Positions 17,510 through 27,622 of a DNA stretch of 64,000 nt are shown here, one piece after another; the first letter of the stretch is position 1, and every line of letters starts with the position of its first letter. A program made the position numbers and the translations under genes. Below the pieces are notes generated by a model, which had not been told where the DNA came from, made no database searches, and worked only from the letters and a program-made list of their open reading frames with translations. The stretch is from Opitutales bacterium (GTDB lineage: Bacteria; Verrucomicrobiota; Verrucomicrobiia; Opitutales; JABSRG01): NCBI GenBank assembly GCA_051117635.1, contig JBNPEH010000021.1, positions 21,673 through 85,672 of the forward strand, read 5' to 3'.

Positions 17510-17991
17510 GGGGATGAGGTAACCGCAAAGCCGCGAAGGCGGCGAAGGGCTGGTACGCCGGCAAGGGGGGAACCACGAAGAGCACCAAGAAGCACAAAGG
17601 GCTTGTTCGCCGGAGAGGGGAGGGCTGTCCCGCGCAGCGGGACTTTTGAGTGCGGTGACTCCGATCACCGCTTTGACTTTAGGCGCCTCTCCGAGGCGCT
17701 GTAGGCCACGCCAGGGGGCCTGCGGCCTACACTCGTTGAGCTTCGGTGGACACAGCCGGCACGGCCCGCTAAACCCGGCGCTCGGGGACGAGCGCCCTCC
17801 CCGCCTTCGTTCTCCGGACTACGGCGGGCAATCCCGGGGACAACCCCCACACGGCGAACCAGCCGTTGCGCTCGTTGCGCTCGTTGCGCTCGTTGCGTGA
17901 GCCCCCCACGCGCTTGTCCCGGCGTAGTCCCCGTTCCGGTGGTGACGGTCCTTCGCGTGCCCCCTTCCGTCCTTGGCTCCTTTGCGGTTAC
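17485..17991 (+). mobile_element. structured repeat, copy C (longest; 9-bp GTTGCGCTC triplication at 17864-17890; outer inverted module ending 17991)
   Basis: Same core as A and B. 'GTAACCGCAAAG' (17519-17530) is inverted at 17980-17991. Confidence 0.7.
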
Positions 17992-18737
17992 AAAATAGCC
18001 AGTAAATCCGTGATCTCCGCCGCGAGGCCGGTGGCGCCCGCATCCAGCCAGCGCTCGCCCTTGGCGCGGGTGGCCTGGGTGGCGTCGCCCATGGTGCCGG
18101 TGGGCGAGACATCGGCGGTGACCCAGCTGTAGGTGGCCGGCGCGAATTCGGGTCGCAGTTCGCCCGGGGCGTCGACATCGCCGATCCAGCAGCAGTCGCG
18201 TTTGTCCGTATCGACCAGATCGGTGGCGGCCATCAGCCAGCTGGTCTCGCCTTCGCCGGCGTGGATGCCGTACTGTGCCTCACGCTCCGAGTGGACATCG
18301 AAGTCGGCGCGAAAGCGGAGCTGGACCGCCTGCAGGCCGTGCGTGTCCTGGACCTCGCGGAGCGTCTGCTCGAGGACGGCGCTGTTGCCGCCGTGGGTGT
18401 TGAGGATGGCGAGGGCACCGAAACCCAGCCCGGCGGCCTCCTCCGCCACGGCCAGCACCAGCCGCCGGAGCGTGGTGCGCGAAAGGATCAGGGTGCCGGG
18501 ATAGCCCGCGTGTTCGTTGCTCTTGCCGATGGTGATGGGCGGGGCGACGTAGACCGGGGCGTCGTCGGGCAGCTTCGGGGCGGTCCACTGGAGCCAGACC
18601 TGGCCCATGAGCGCATCGACGCCGACCGGCAGGTGCGGGCCATGCTGCTCGATCGCCCCCGTCGGCAGGATCAGCACGGCTTTGGCAAAGTCGGTAGCCT
18701 CGATTTGGGTCAGGGTGAGGGAGGCGAGGGAGATCAT
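17988..18737 (-). CDS. creatininase (creatinine amidohydrolase) family metal-dependent hydrolase
   Basis: Family motifs are intact: 'AIEQHGPHLPVGVD', 'ILNTHGGN', 'HAGEGETS'. Confidence 0.8.
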   Translation of the reverse strand: MISLASLTLTQIEATDFAKAVLILPTGAIEQHGPHLPVGVDALMGQVWLQWTAPKLPDDAPVYVAPPITIGKSNEHAGYPGTLILSRTTLRRLVLAVAEEAAGLGFGALAILNTHGGNSAVLEQTLREVQDTHGLQAVQLRFRADFDVHSEREAQYGIHAGEGETSWLMAATDLVDTDKRDCCWIGDVDAPGELRPEFAPATYSWVTADVSPTGTMGDATQATRAKGERWLDAGATGLAAEITDLLAIL

Positions 18738-18815
18738 GGGTTCGGGGTTCCGCCGTCGCTCGGGGAGCTATGGCGGACAAGTCGGGGTTCGAGGTTCGAC
18801 GTTCGGGGTTCGACG
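18738..18815. repeat. GGTTCNN heptad-periodic intergenic repeat
   Basis: 'GGGTTCGAGGTTCGACGTTCGGGGTTCGACG' read directly from the sequence. Confidence 0.6.
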
Positions 18816-18980
18816 TGCTGTGTGGCGAGGGTGGTTGGAAATGATACTGCCGGCGTGTCGGAGACCCGCCTCCCAAAGCGGCGAAGGATACGCCGCACTC
18901 AAAAGGTCGGTCTTGGATAACATCTACTGAGCTGAAGGTTCTTCAGGGTGGATGAGTCAAACCAGGAAAATTCTGATTTT

Positions 18981-19014
18981 CAGAACACAGAACGTAGAAC
19001 GCCGAACTTAGAAC
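18981..19014. repeat. NNGAACN heptad-periodic repeat (inverse orientation of 18784-18815)
   Basis: 'CAGAACACAGAACGTAGAACGCCGAACTTAGAAC' read directly from the sequence. Confidence 0.6.
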
Positions 19015-19877
19015 TTTCCCCGCGTCTCAATCCGCCCGTCGTTCTTCAGGGGCGGCCATTCGTGGATTTCGGTGAGGAGGCCGGCGAGGCGGGTGGCGCG
19101 GGTGGCGAGGAGGTCGGGGCCGGTTTTTTCGGCCTCGGCCCGGTCGGCGGGAGAGTCCGTGAGGGCCGGGATGCCATCGGCAAAATCGCCGGGTCGGAAG
19201 GTTCGCTGTTCGGGGTTCGACGTTCCAGGTTCGCTGTTCTGCACCCGATGATCGTCCTGGCTCTGACGAGGGTTTTCTGGCTTCTGCCTGCTGCCCTGCC
19301 GTGAGCCTGTCGAAGGGCCCTCCGACCCCTCGGGGCCTTGCCCCGACAGGAAGGTCGCCAGGGTCTGGGCCTCATGGCGCGTCTTGCTTCTGCCCGGATG
19401 CAGGTCGATATCGAGCCCGGCCAGGTTGACGCAGAAGAGCTGAAGGCCTTTTTCCTGACGCAGGTCGCGTCCGCAGACGTCGATAAAGGCCTCGTTCCAG
19501 GGACTGGTGTTGAAGAGGACGAGTTTGCGGAAGCCGGCCATCGCGATGCTGTCCGCGATTTCGAAGACCTGCTGGTAGGCGGTCTCGGGGTCGATACCGA
19601 AGAGGGCTGACCCGCGGTAGCCCGGCGGCACGAAGCGGACGGGTGGCGCCACCAGCAGCGGCAGCCGGTCCTTTGCCTCGGTCACCGCCGCCTTCAGGAT
19701 GCCGAGCCCCAGCGTCTCCTCGAGGTCCATCGGATGCCCGAGGCCCCAGTCGCTCATGCCGATCACCGGCAGGATGATGAGCGTCTCCGCCCTGGCGTCA
19801 GCGGACTGTTCGGCAAACCAGGGCGAGGGCTGGTGCGCCCAGAAGGTGGTGGGTTCGACGTTGGCGAGGAGGGACAT
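19008..19877 (-). CDS. creatininase-fold paralogue with degenerate metal-binding motifs and a low-complexity insertion
   Basis: Collinear with 17988..18737, but the motifs read 'SDWGLGHPMDLEE', 'LFNTSPWN' and 'RHEAQT'. An insertion of roughly 50 aa ('GPEGSEGPSTGSRQGSRQKPENPRQSQDDHRVQNSEPGTSNPEQRT') is encoded by intergenic-type repeat DNA. Confidence 0.6.
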   Translation of the reverse strand: MSLLANVEPTTFWAHQPSPWFAEQSADARAETLIILPVIGMSDWGLGHPMDLEETLGLGILKAAVTEAKDRLPLLVAPPVRFVPPGYRGSALFGIDPETAYQQVFEIADSIAMAGFRKLVLFNTSPWNEAFIDVCGRDLRQEKGLQLFCVNLAGLDIDLHPGRSKTRHEAQTLATFLSGQGPEGSEGPSTGSRQGSRQKPENPRQSQDDHRVQNSEPGTSNPEQRTFRPGDFADGIPALTDSPADRAEAEKTGPDLLATRATRLAGLLTEIHEWPPLKNDGRIETRGKF

Positions 19878-19900
19878 GGGGAAGGCCGCGTGCGGAGCAC

Positions 19901-19936
19901 GCGGGGGGGAGGTTCTAGGTTCGGCGTTCTATGTTC
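19901..19936. repeat. GGTTCNN heptad-periodic repeat
   Basis: 'AGGTTCTAGGTTCGGCGTTCTATGTTCTAGGTTCTG' read directly from the sequence. Confidence 0.55.
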
Positions 19937-19976
19937 TAGGTTCTGGGATCGACGGAGCGAAGCGGAGATGGCGCAA

Positions 19977-20044
19977 GCAAATCCAAATCGAAATCGAAAT
20001 CGAAATCGGGATCGAGATGGAGATTGGGATGGGGATTGGGATTA
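19977..20044. repeat. hexamer-periodic microsatellite (AAATCG)n degenerating to GATTGG
   Basis: 'AAATCCAAATCGAAATCGAAATCGAAATCGGGATCGAGATGGAGATTGGGATGGGGATTGGGATTA' read directly from the sequence. Confidence 0.65.
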
Positions 20045-20262
20045 GGACCGACAAGGTTCATAGGCGCTTAAAAATAGACGATAGCCAAGGGGCAGGGGAG
20101 GCCGGGTGTTTCGGGAGAAATAGGAAATAGGAAAGGGGATCGTTTTTATAGCGGTTTTCTCGACCCTCGACAGCATTGGGAATCCGGGGGTCAGGTTCGG
20201 CGTTGGATCTTTCCGAAAAGCCAGTCCCGTGCCGGAAGACGTCTGGGCGGGGAAGTAGACGC

Positions 20263-20293
20263 AAAAAGGCCCCCGGCGGATTCGCCGGAGGCC
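20263..20293 (-). terminator. rho-independent terminator after the PEP-CTERM gene
   Basis: On the minus strand, 'GGCCTCCGGCG-AATC-CGCCGGGGGCC' is followed by TTTTT, about 30 nt after the stop codon. Confidence 0.6.
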
Positions 20294-20323
20294 TTTAGAA
20301 AAAGGAGAGGCTGAATCTCGCGA

Positions 20324-20980
20324 TCAGGCCGCCTGTTTGTTCTTGCGCAGGCGGCGGAGACCGGCGGCGCCGAGGGCCAGCGCGCCCAGACCGATGGCGG
20401 CCGCTTCAGGCTCCGGGATAGCCGATACGGTATCGCCAACCCGGATGTCGGCTCCGCTATCGTCGTAGGCCCATTCCTCAATGGTGAAGGTGCCGAACTG
20501 CCCTCCATTCGTGAGGGTGACTTTTGCCCAGCCGAAGTTGTTTGTGCCGTTGTTATCGAAAAAGAAGCCAATATATTGAGTCCCGGCAGTCAGTCCTCCA
20601 GCTGCGTTTCCATAGGACATAACAACTCGGTCACCGAGCACAAAGCTGGCTACGGTAGCTCCAATCGAACTTGTTGTGTTCAATTGTTTTAGCGAGGGAT
20701 TGGAAGGACCTACGCGGACAAATCCAAATCCTCCGCCTGTACCCGTTTCCAGCTTCTTAAAGGTTGAAGTATATGTTGTTGAAGTCGTTATGAAGGTATC
20801 CGTGTTGTTATTCAGCACAAATTCATCATCGCCCCCCTGCCCGTCGACATCCCAGCCGATTGCCCCAAAGGTGGCGTTATCCGACGTGATCGGCGTGGTG
20901 AAATGTTGGATCGCCCCGTGGGCGGAGACCCCGGCGATGAGGCTGCCGATCGTGAGTTTAACGGATTTCTGGTTAGGCAT
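20324..20980 (-). CDS. PEP-CTERM sorting-domain secreted protein
   Basis: Has an N-terminal signal-like segment. The C-terminus 'IPEPEAAAIGLGALALGAAGLRRLRKNK' gives PEP, then a TM helix, then a basic tail. Confidence 0.8.
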   Translation of the reverse strand: MPNQKSVKLTIGSLIAGVSAHGAIQHFTTPITSDNATFGAIGWDVDGQGGDDEFVLNNNTDTFITTSTTYTSTFKKLETGTGGGFGFVRVGPSNPSLKQLNTTSSIGATVASFVLGDRVVMSYGNAAGGLTAGTQYIGFFFDNNGTNNFGWAKVTLTNGGQFGTFTIEEWAYDDSGADIRVGDTVSAIPEPEAAAIGLGALALGAAGLRRLRKNKQAA

Positions 20981-21340
20981 GACTTGGAAGGTTGGACGGA
21001 AGGTTTTTAATTTTAAGACTGCATAAAACAGCCGTTTTCGTAGACTGAACAGTTCTCAATTAAAGGCCACACATTTTTTTTAAATTAAAATTCTCCAGTT
21101 CTCGACCGGTTCAGGAATGCTTGTCGGAGGCGGGCGCATCCATCACCCGGGTTGTCCGTTTGTCGACCAGAGAGATGTAGCTGGTTCCGGCAACCAGGTT
21201 TTTTAGGGCATCCAGATGGGGTAGGATGCCTTTGCGTCCGGCTCGAGAAATCCGGGCTCAGCGTCTCCGTGTGAGGGTTCTCGCGACTCCAGCAGCCGTG
21301 GCGCTGTGCGATGCCCTGTTCGCTGCAGGAAAAACCTTCC

Positions 21341-22774
21341 TCAGAGTCCGGCCACCGCCAGCCGGATCAGTTCGAGGACGGGGGTGGGGTAGAGGCCGAG
21401 CCAGAGCGTGGTGACGCCGGCGACGCCTAGCGCGACGGCACCGGCGAGCGGCACCCGTTCGACCGGGATCGCGGGCTCGGCATCCCGTGCATACAGGTTG
21501 AGGATCACCCGCAGGTAGTAATACAACCCGATGGCACTGCTGACGATGAGCGTGCCAACCAGGATCTTGGTGTTGAACAGGACGCCGGTCGACAGCACCC
21601 AGGCCTTGCCCAGAAAACCGGCGGTCAGCGGCACCCCGGCCAGCGACAGCATCGAAAAGGTCATCAGCGCACCGACCATGGGGTGGCGCCGGGCCATGCC
21701 CCGCAACGCGACCTGGGTGTCGGGCTCCTCTTCACCCCGGCTCAGGACGGCGATGGCGCCGAACGCCCCGAGGCTCGTGACGAAGTAGGTGAACAGGTAG
21801 AAGGTGACGGCTTCGGAGCCGCGCAGGCCGCCCACGATGAAGGCGACCAGCATGTAGCCCATGTGGGCGATGGAGGAGTAGCCCAGCAGTCGCTTCACAT
21901 TGGTCTGGAGCAGCGCGAGCAGGTTGCCGAAGAACATGGTGGCTACCGCAATGACGCTCAGCGCGGTCATAAGCCCGGCCTGGTGGTAGGCCCCGCTCTC
22001 GATGAAGAAGCGGAGCGTGACCGCGACGACGGCCCCTTTGGAAATCGTTGCCAGGAAGGCCCCGACCGGGGCGCTGGCACCCTGATAGATGTCGGGGGTC
22101 CACATGTGGAAGGGCACCAGCGACAGTTTGAAGCCGATCCCGACCAGCATGAGCGCGGAGCCGGTGAGGACCATGGCCGGACGGTAGGCATCGACCACCA
22201 TCATTTCGACCAGCAGTTCGCTGAAGCGCATGGTCCCCAGCTCACCGTAGATCAGCGCCATGCCGAAGAGCAGGAAAGCGGAGGACAGTGCGGCCAGTAC
22301 GAGGTACTTCACCCCGGCTTCGAGGCTTTCCTCACGCCGGTAGCGGTAGGCCACCATCGCGTAGATCGGCACGGTCAGCAGCTCAAGCGCGAGGAAGAGC
22401 GAGACGAAGTGGCTGCTGGCTGCCAGCGCACAGGCCCCGCAGGTGGCCAGCAGCAGCAGGACATAGAACTCCTCCCGGTTGAAATCGAGATCCTCCATGG
22501 ACCCGCTGGCCAGCAGCGTGATCAGGATCGCCGCCGCCAGCGTCAGGCCGATGAAGACCAGCGAAAAGCCGTCCACGGTGAAGAGGATGCCGACTGCCAC
22601 GGCGCCCGAGTCCGCCGCCTGCGCGAGGCAGTAGCCGGCCAGGGCGAGACCGGCCAGCGTGATGCCGGTCGCCAGCCGGTTGTTGCGGAAAAAGGCGATG
22701 ACCAGCAGCAGGACCAGGCTCGTGATCCCGGGGACCAGGATGGGAAGGAGGGCTTGAAAATCGGAGGCGTTCAT
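21341..22774 (-). CDS. nuoN: NADH-quinone oxidoreductase subunit N
   Basis: Antiporter-like polytopic subunit with 'LLGYSSIAHMGYML'. Last gene of the nuo operon. Confidence 0.9.
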   Translation of the reverse strand: MNASDFQALLPILVPGITSLVLLLVIAFFRNNRLATGITLAGLALAGYCLAQAADSGAVAVGILFTVDGFSLVFIGLTLAAAILITLLASGSMEDLDFNREEFYVLLLLATCGACALAASSHFVSLFLALELLTVPIYAMVAYRYRREESLEAGVKYLVLAALSSAFLLFGMALIYGELGTMRFSELLVEMMVVDAYRPAMVLTGSALMLVGIGFKLSLVPFHMWTPDIYQGASAPVGAFLATISKGAVVAVTLRFFIESGAYHQAGLMTALSVIAVATMFFGNLLALLQTNVKRLLGYSSIAHMGYMLVAFIVGGLRGSEAVTFYLFTYFVTSLGAFGAIAVLSRGEEEPDTQVALRGMARRHPMVGALMTFSMLSLAGVPLTAGFLGKAWVLSTGVLFNTKILVGTLIVSSAIGLYYYLRVILNLYARDAEPAIPVERVPLAGAVALGVAGVTTLWLGLYPTPVLELIRLAVAGL

Positions 22775-22798
22775 GACGGGCGACGGCTGCGGGCAGGA

Positions 22799-24324
<1,526 letters not shown>

Positions 24325-24328
<4 letters not shown>

Positions 24329-26190
24329 AGGTAGAGCACGAGGAAGAGGACAACCAGGCCGCCGCCGGCCAGACCGAAGGCGTATTTCCGCAGCATGCCG
24401 GATTGCGTCAGGCTGAGGACGTGGTGGAAAAACTGGACGAAACCGGCGATCAGGTTGCCGAAGCCGTCGATGATGTCGTTGCGGAGCCACCGGCAGAGCT
24501 GCGTATAGGGCCGGAGCAGCACCGTTTCGTAGGCGTCGTCAAAGCCCCAGCCACGCGCGAAGAAGCCGGCCTGATCGGGGGCGGGAACGCCGGCCGGGCC
24601 GCGCCCGTAGCGCTTCCAGGCCAGAGCGATGGCGGCAATGACCAGCCCGGTGACGCCGGCCTGCAGACCGGCCTCGGCCGCGATCGAGAGATAGGGTCCC
24701 GGGATGTCGGCCAGTGCCCCCTTCAGCACATCCTGAAAGAAGGTGATGTGGCCGAGGGTCTGGGGTGTCTCCAGGAACCCGCCGAAGGTGGAGGCGACGG
24801 CCAGGACGACGAGCGGGAGCATCATGGCGGCGCCGGGTTTATGTCCGACCTCGGTCTTGGCCTCGCCGAAGAAGGTGAGGCCAACCATGCGCGCGGTATA
24901 GAAGGCGGTCAGGGCGGCGCCCAGGATGCCGGCGGCGGCGAACCAGACCGACCCGGCCTCGGAGGTCAGCGTTTTCACCAGGATGTAGTCCTTGCTGTAG
25001 AAACCGCTGGTGACGAGCGGCAGCGCGGCGAGCGAGGCGCAGCCGATCACGAAGGTCCAGAACACGCCGGGCAGCTGTTTACGCAGGCCGCCCATCCTGA
25101 ACATGTCCTGTTCGTTGTGGACCGCATGGATGATGGCGCCGGCCCCGAGGAAGAGCAGCGCCTTGAAGAGCGCATGCGTGAAGAAATGAAACATGGCGGC
25201 AGTCCAGGCGCCGACCCCCAGCGCGAGAAACATGTAGCCGATCTGCGAAATGGTGGAGAAGGCCAGCACCCGCTTGATGTCGCGCTGGAAGCAGGCCGTG
25301 ACCCCGGCGATCAGCAGCGTGGCCGCACCGAGGGCGCCGACCATCCAGAGGATCCCCGGTGCCAGTTCGAAGAGCACCGCATGCCGTGCGATGAGATAGA
25401 CACCGGCGGTCACCATGGTGGCGGCGTGGATCAGCGCGCTGGTCGGCGTCGGGCCGGCCATCGCATCGGGCAGCCAGACCTGAAGCGGCAATTGCGCGCT
25501 CTTGCCCAGCGCGGCGATCAGCAGCAGCAGCGCGACCCAGACGGCGACCGCCTCGCCCGACAGCCAGGAGCTTTGGGCGGCGTCGAGGACCGCGGAGATC
25601 TGGGTGGTTCCGAGGCTGTTGAAGATGACGACGGTGGCGGCGATCAGACCGACGGCACCGATGCGCGTGGTGATGAAGGCCTTGCGCGCGGCATAGCCGT
25701 TTTCGGGTTTTTCGTACCAGAACCCGATCAGCAGGTAGCTGCAGAGGCCGACGCCCTCCCAGCCCAGGATGAGCAGCACCAGATTGTCCGCCATGACCAG
25801 CGTGAGCATCGAGGCCACAAACAGGTTCATGTAGGCGAAGAATCGCGCGAAGGACGGGTCGCCGTGCATGTAGCCGGCCGAGAACAGGTGGATGAACAAC
25901 CCGACCCAGGTCACGACCAGCATCATCAGCAGCGACAGCCCGTCGAGGTGGAAGGCGAAGTCGGGACTCAGCCCGCCGACCCGGAACCACTCGCCGTAAT
26001 GGACGGTCAGGCCCGGGACGCCCAGACCGGCAAACTGGATGGTCACGCCGAGGGTGACGAGCGCCGAGAGCGCGATGGTCGCACAGCCGACCACGCCGGC
26101 GCCGCGCTCGGGAAATTCGTGGCCGAAGAGCGCCAGGATGAGGAACCCGGTCAGGGGCAGGAAGGGGATGAGCCAGAGGAAATCGATCAT
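24325..26190 (-). CDS. nuoL: NADH-quinone oxidoreductase subunit L
   Basis: 621 aa antiporter-like subunit with 'VLAFSTISQIGYMFLALG'. Confidence 0.9.
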
Positions 26191-26196
26191 GACGAG

Positions 26197-26505
26197 TTAA
26201 CCGCGCAGCGTGCTCACCGCGTCCGCATCGAGGCTGTGGAAGCGTTTCTGGATACTCAGGATGAGGGCCAGGCCGATGGCTACCTCGGCCGCCGCCATCG
26301 AAAGGATGAAGAGGACCATGACCTGGCCGTCCGCCTGGGCCCAGCGGGCGCCGGCGACGATGAAGGCCAGCGCCGCCGCGTTGAGCATGATCTCCACGCT
26401 GATGAGCATGAAGATCAGGTTGCGCCGGACGAGGACGCCGATCAGCCCGAGCGCGAACAGGATCGCGGCCAGGATCAGACCGTATTCGAGAGGGATGGCA
26501 GCCAT
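26197..26505 (-). CDS. nuoK: NADH-quinone oxidoreductase subunit K
   Basis: 102 aa protein with three TM helices, in operon position between nuoJ and nuoL. Confidence 0.9.
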   Translation of the reverse strand: MAAIPLEYGLILAAILFALGLIGVLVRRNLIFMLISVEIMLNAAALAFIVAGARWAQADGQVMVLFILSMAAAEVAIGLALILSIQKRFHSLDADAVSTLRG

Positions 26506-26526
26506 GGAAACAGGAAAGACGGGGAA

Positions 26527-27009
26527 TCAGGCGCGGCGACGCAGGTGGGTGGCGCCGACCAGCCCGGCCAGCAGGAGCAGACCGGCCAGTTGGACGGCGA
26601 GCAGGTAGGGACCGAAGAGCGCGAGACCGACCGCTTTGGGGCCGACCCGTTCGCCGCCGAGGGGATGCCCTTCGCCCTGTACCAGGACGGCCATGACCAG
26701 AATGAGGAGCAGGGCGGACAGCACACCCGGGCCGATCCAGACGGACGGACGGGCGAAATGGGAATCCGCCGATCCCGGCCCGAGGTTGAGGAGCATCACC
26801 ACGAAGAGGAAGAGCACGATGATGGCCCCTGCGTAGATGATGATCTCGAGGGCGGCGAGGAAAGGGGCACCGAGCAGGTAGAAAATGACGCCGACCGAGA
26901 GGAAGGAGACGATGAGGTAAAGCAGCGCGTGGACGGCGTTCTGCTTCACCACGGCCGCCAGCGTCGCTCCGATCGCAATGGCGGCGGCGATGTAGAAAGC
27001 GATGGTCAT
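26527..27009 (-). CDS. nuoJ: NADH-quinone oxidoreductase subunit J
   Basis: 160 aa membrane subunit in the expected operon position. Confidence 0.85.
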   Translation of the reverse strand: MTIAFYIAAAIAIGATLAAVVKQNAVHALLYLIVSFLSVGVIFYLLGAPFLAALEIIIYAGAIIVLFLFVVMLLNLGPGSADSHFARPSVWIGPGVLSALLLILVMAVLVQGEGHPLGGERVGPKAVGLALFGPYLLAVQLAGLLLLAGLVGATHLRRRA

Positions 27010-27054
27010 GTAGGAGGATCGATCAGCGTAAGCGTGGGAAAGGGGGGAGCCGCA

Positions 27055-27570
27055 TCAGCGCAGGAGGCTCTTCCGGTCGATCGGCGTGGCTTCCTTTTCG
27101 GCTTCTCCCTTGTCCTTGCCGCCGATGGAGATGCCGGCGACGCGGTAGAAATTGTAACCGTGGTATTTGCCCTCGCCCGCGATGAGCAGGTCTTCCTTTT
27201 CGTAAACCAGCTCCTGGCGGTTGTATTCGCACAACTCGACGTCGGGCGTCAGCTGGATGGCATAGGTGGGGCAGGCCTCTTCGCACAGGCCGCAGAAGAT
27301 ACAGCGCGAGAAATTGATGCGGAACATCTTCGGGTAGCGGCGGCCGGTCTCGTCTTCGGTACCCTCGAGCGCGATGCAGTCGACCGGGCAGGCGACCGCG
27401 CAGAGGTTGCAGGCCACACAGCGTTCGCCGCCGTCCGGGTCGCGGCTGAGGATGATGCGGCCCCGGTAGCGCGGCGACAGGTAGGCCTTCTTTTCCGGAT
27501 AGGGGATGGTCACCTTTTTCCGGAAAAGGTGGAGGAAGACGAGCCAGAGGGTTCTGAGGTTACTCCACAT
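27055..27570 (-). CDS. nuoI: NADH-quinone oxidoreductase subunit I
   Basis: Two 4Fe-4S motifs: '[12 protein letters not shown]' and '[12 protein letters not shown]'. Confidence 0.9.
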   Translation of the reverse strand: MWSNLRTLWLVFLHLFRKKVTIPYPEKKAYLSPRYRGRIILSRDPDGGERCVACNLCAVACPVDCIALEGTEDETGRRYPKMFRINFSRCIFCGLCEEACPTYAIQLTPDVELCEYNRQELVYEKEDLLIAGEGKYHGYNFYRVAGISIGGKDKGEAEKEATPIDRKSLLR

Positions 27571-27622
27571 TAGAGGGCCTTACGGGCGATCAGCGGTTCA
27601 GGAGGTTTAATGAGGGGGCCGG

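Noticed and set aside
15012-17900. Conserved small ORFs inside the three repeat copies (e.g. 'MSAVTPITALTLGASPRRCRPRQGACGLHSLSFGGH...' at 15966-16160 and 17646-17900)
   Set aside because: The sequence is dominated by perfect hairpins, and the translation is Arg/Pro/Gly-rich low complexity. ORF lengths and ends differ between copies. The conservation is better explained at the DNA/RNA level.
14881-17991. Integron-like cassette array (repeats acting as attC sites)
   Set aside because: No intI-type integrase, attI or Pc promoter is present in the window. The repeats are 340-410 bp, far longer than attC sites. I could not identify R/L core-site pairs. The idea is kept only as generic recombination potential in the repeat finding.
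21100-21230. Hairpin CTGGTTccggcAACCAG followed by GTTTTTT (21181-21205), and a 21-codon ORF upstream of it
   Set aside because: The terminator-like hairpin is on the plus strand, where no gene ends; nuoN and the PEP-CTERM gene are on the minus strand. The mini-ORF has no support. It is left unannotated.
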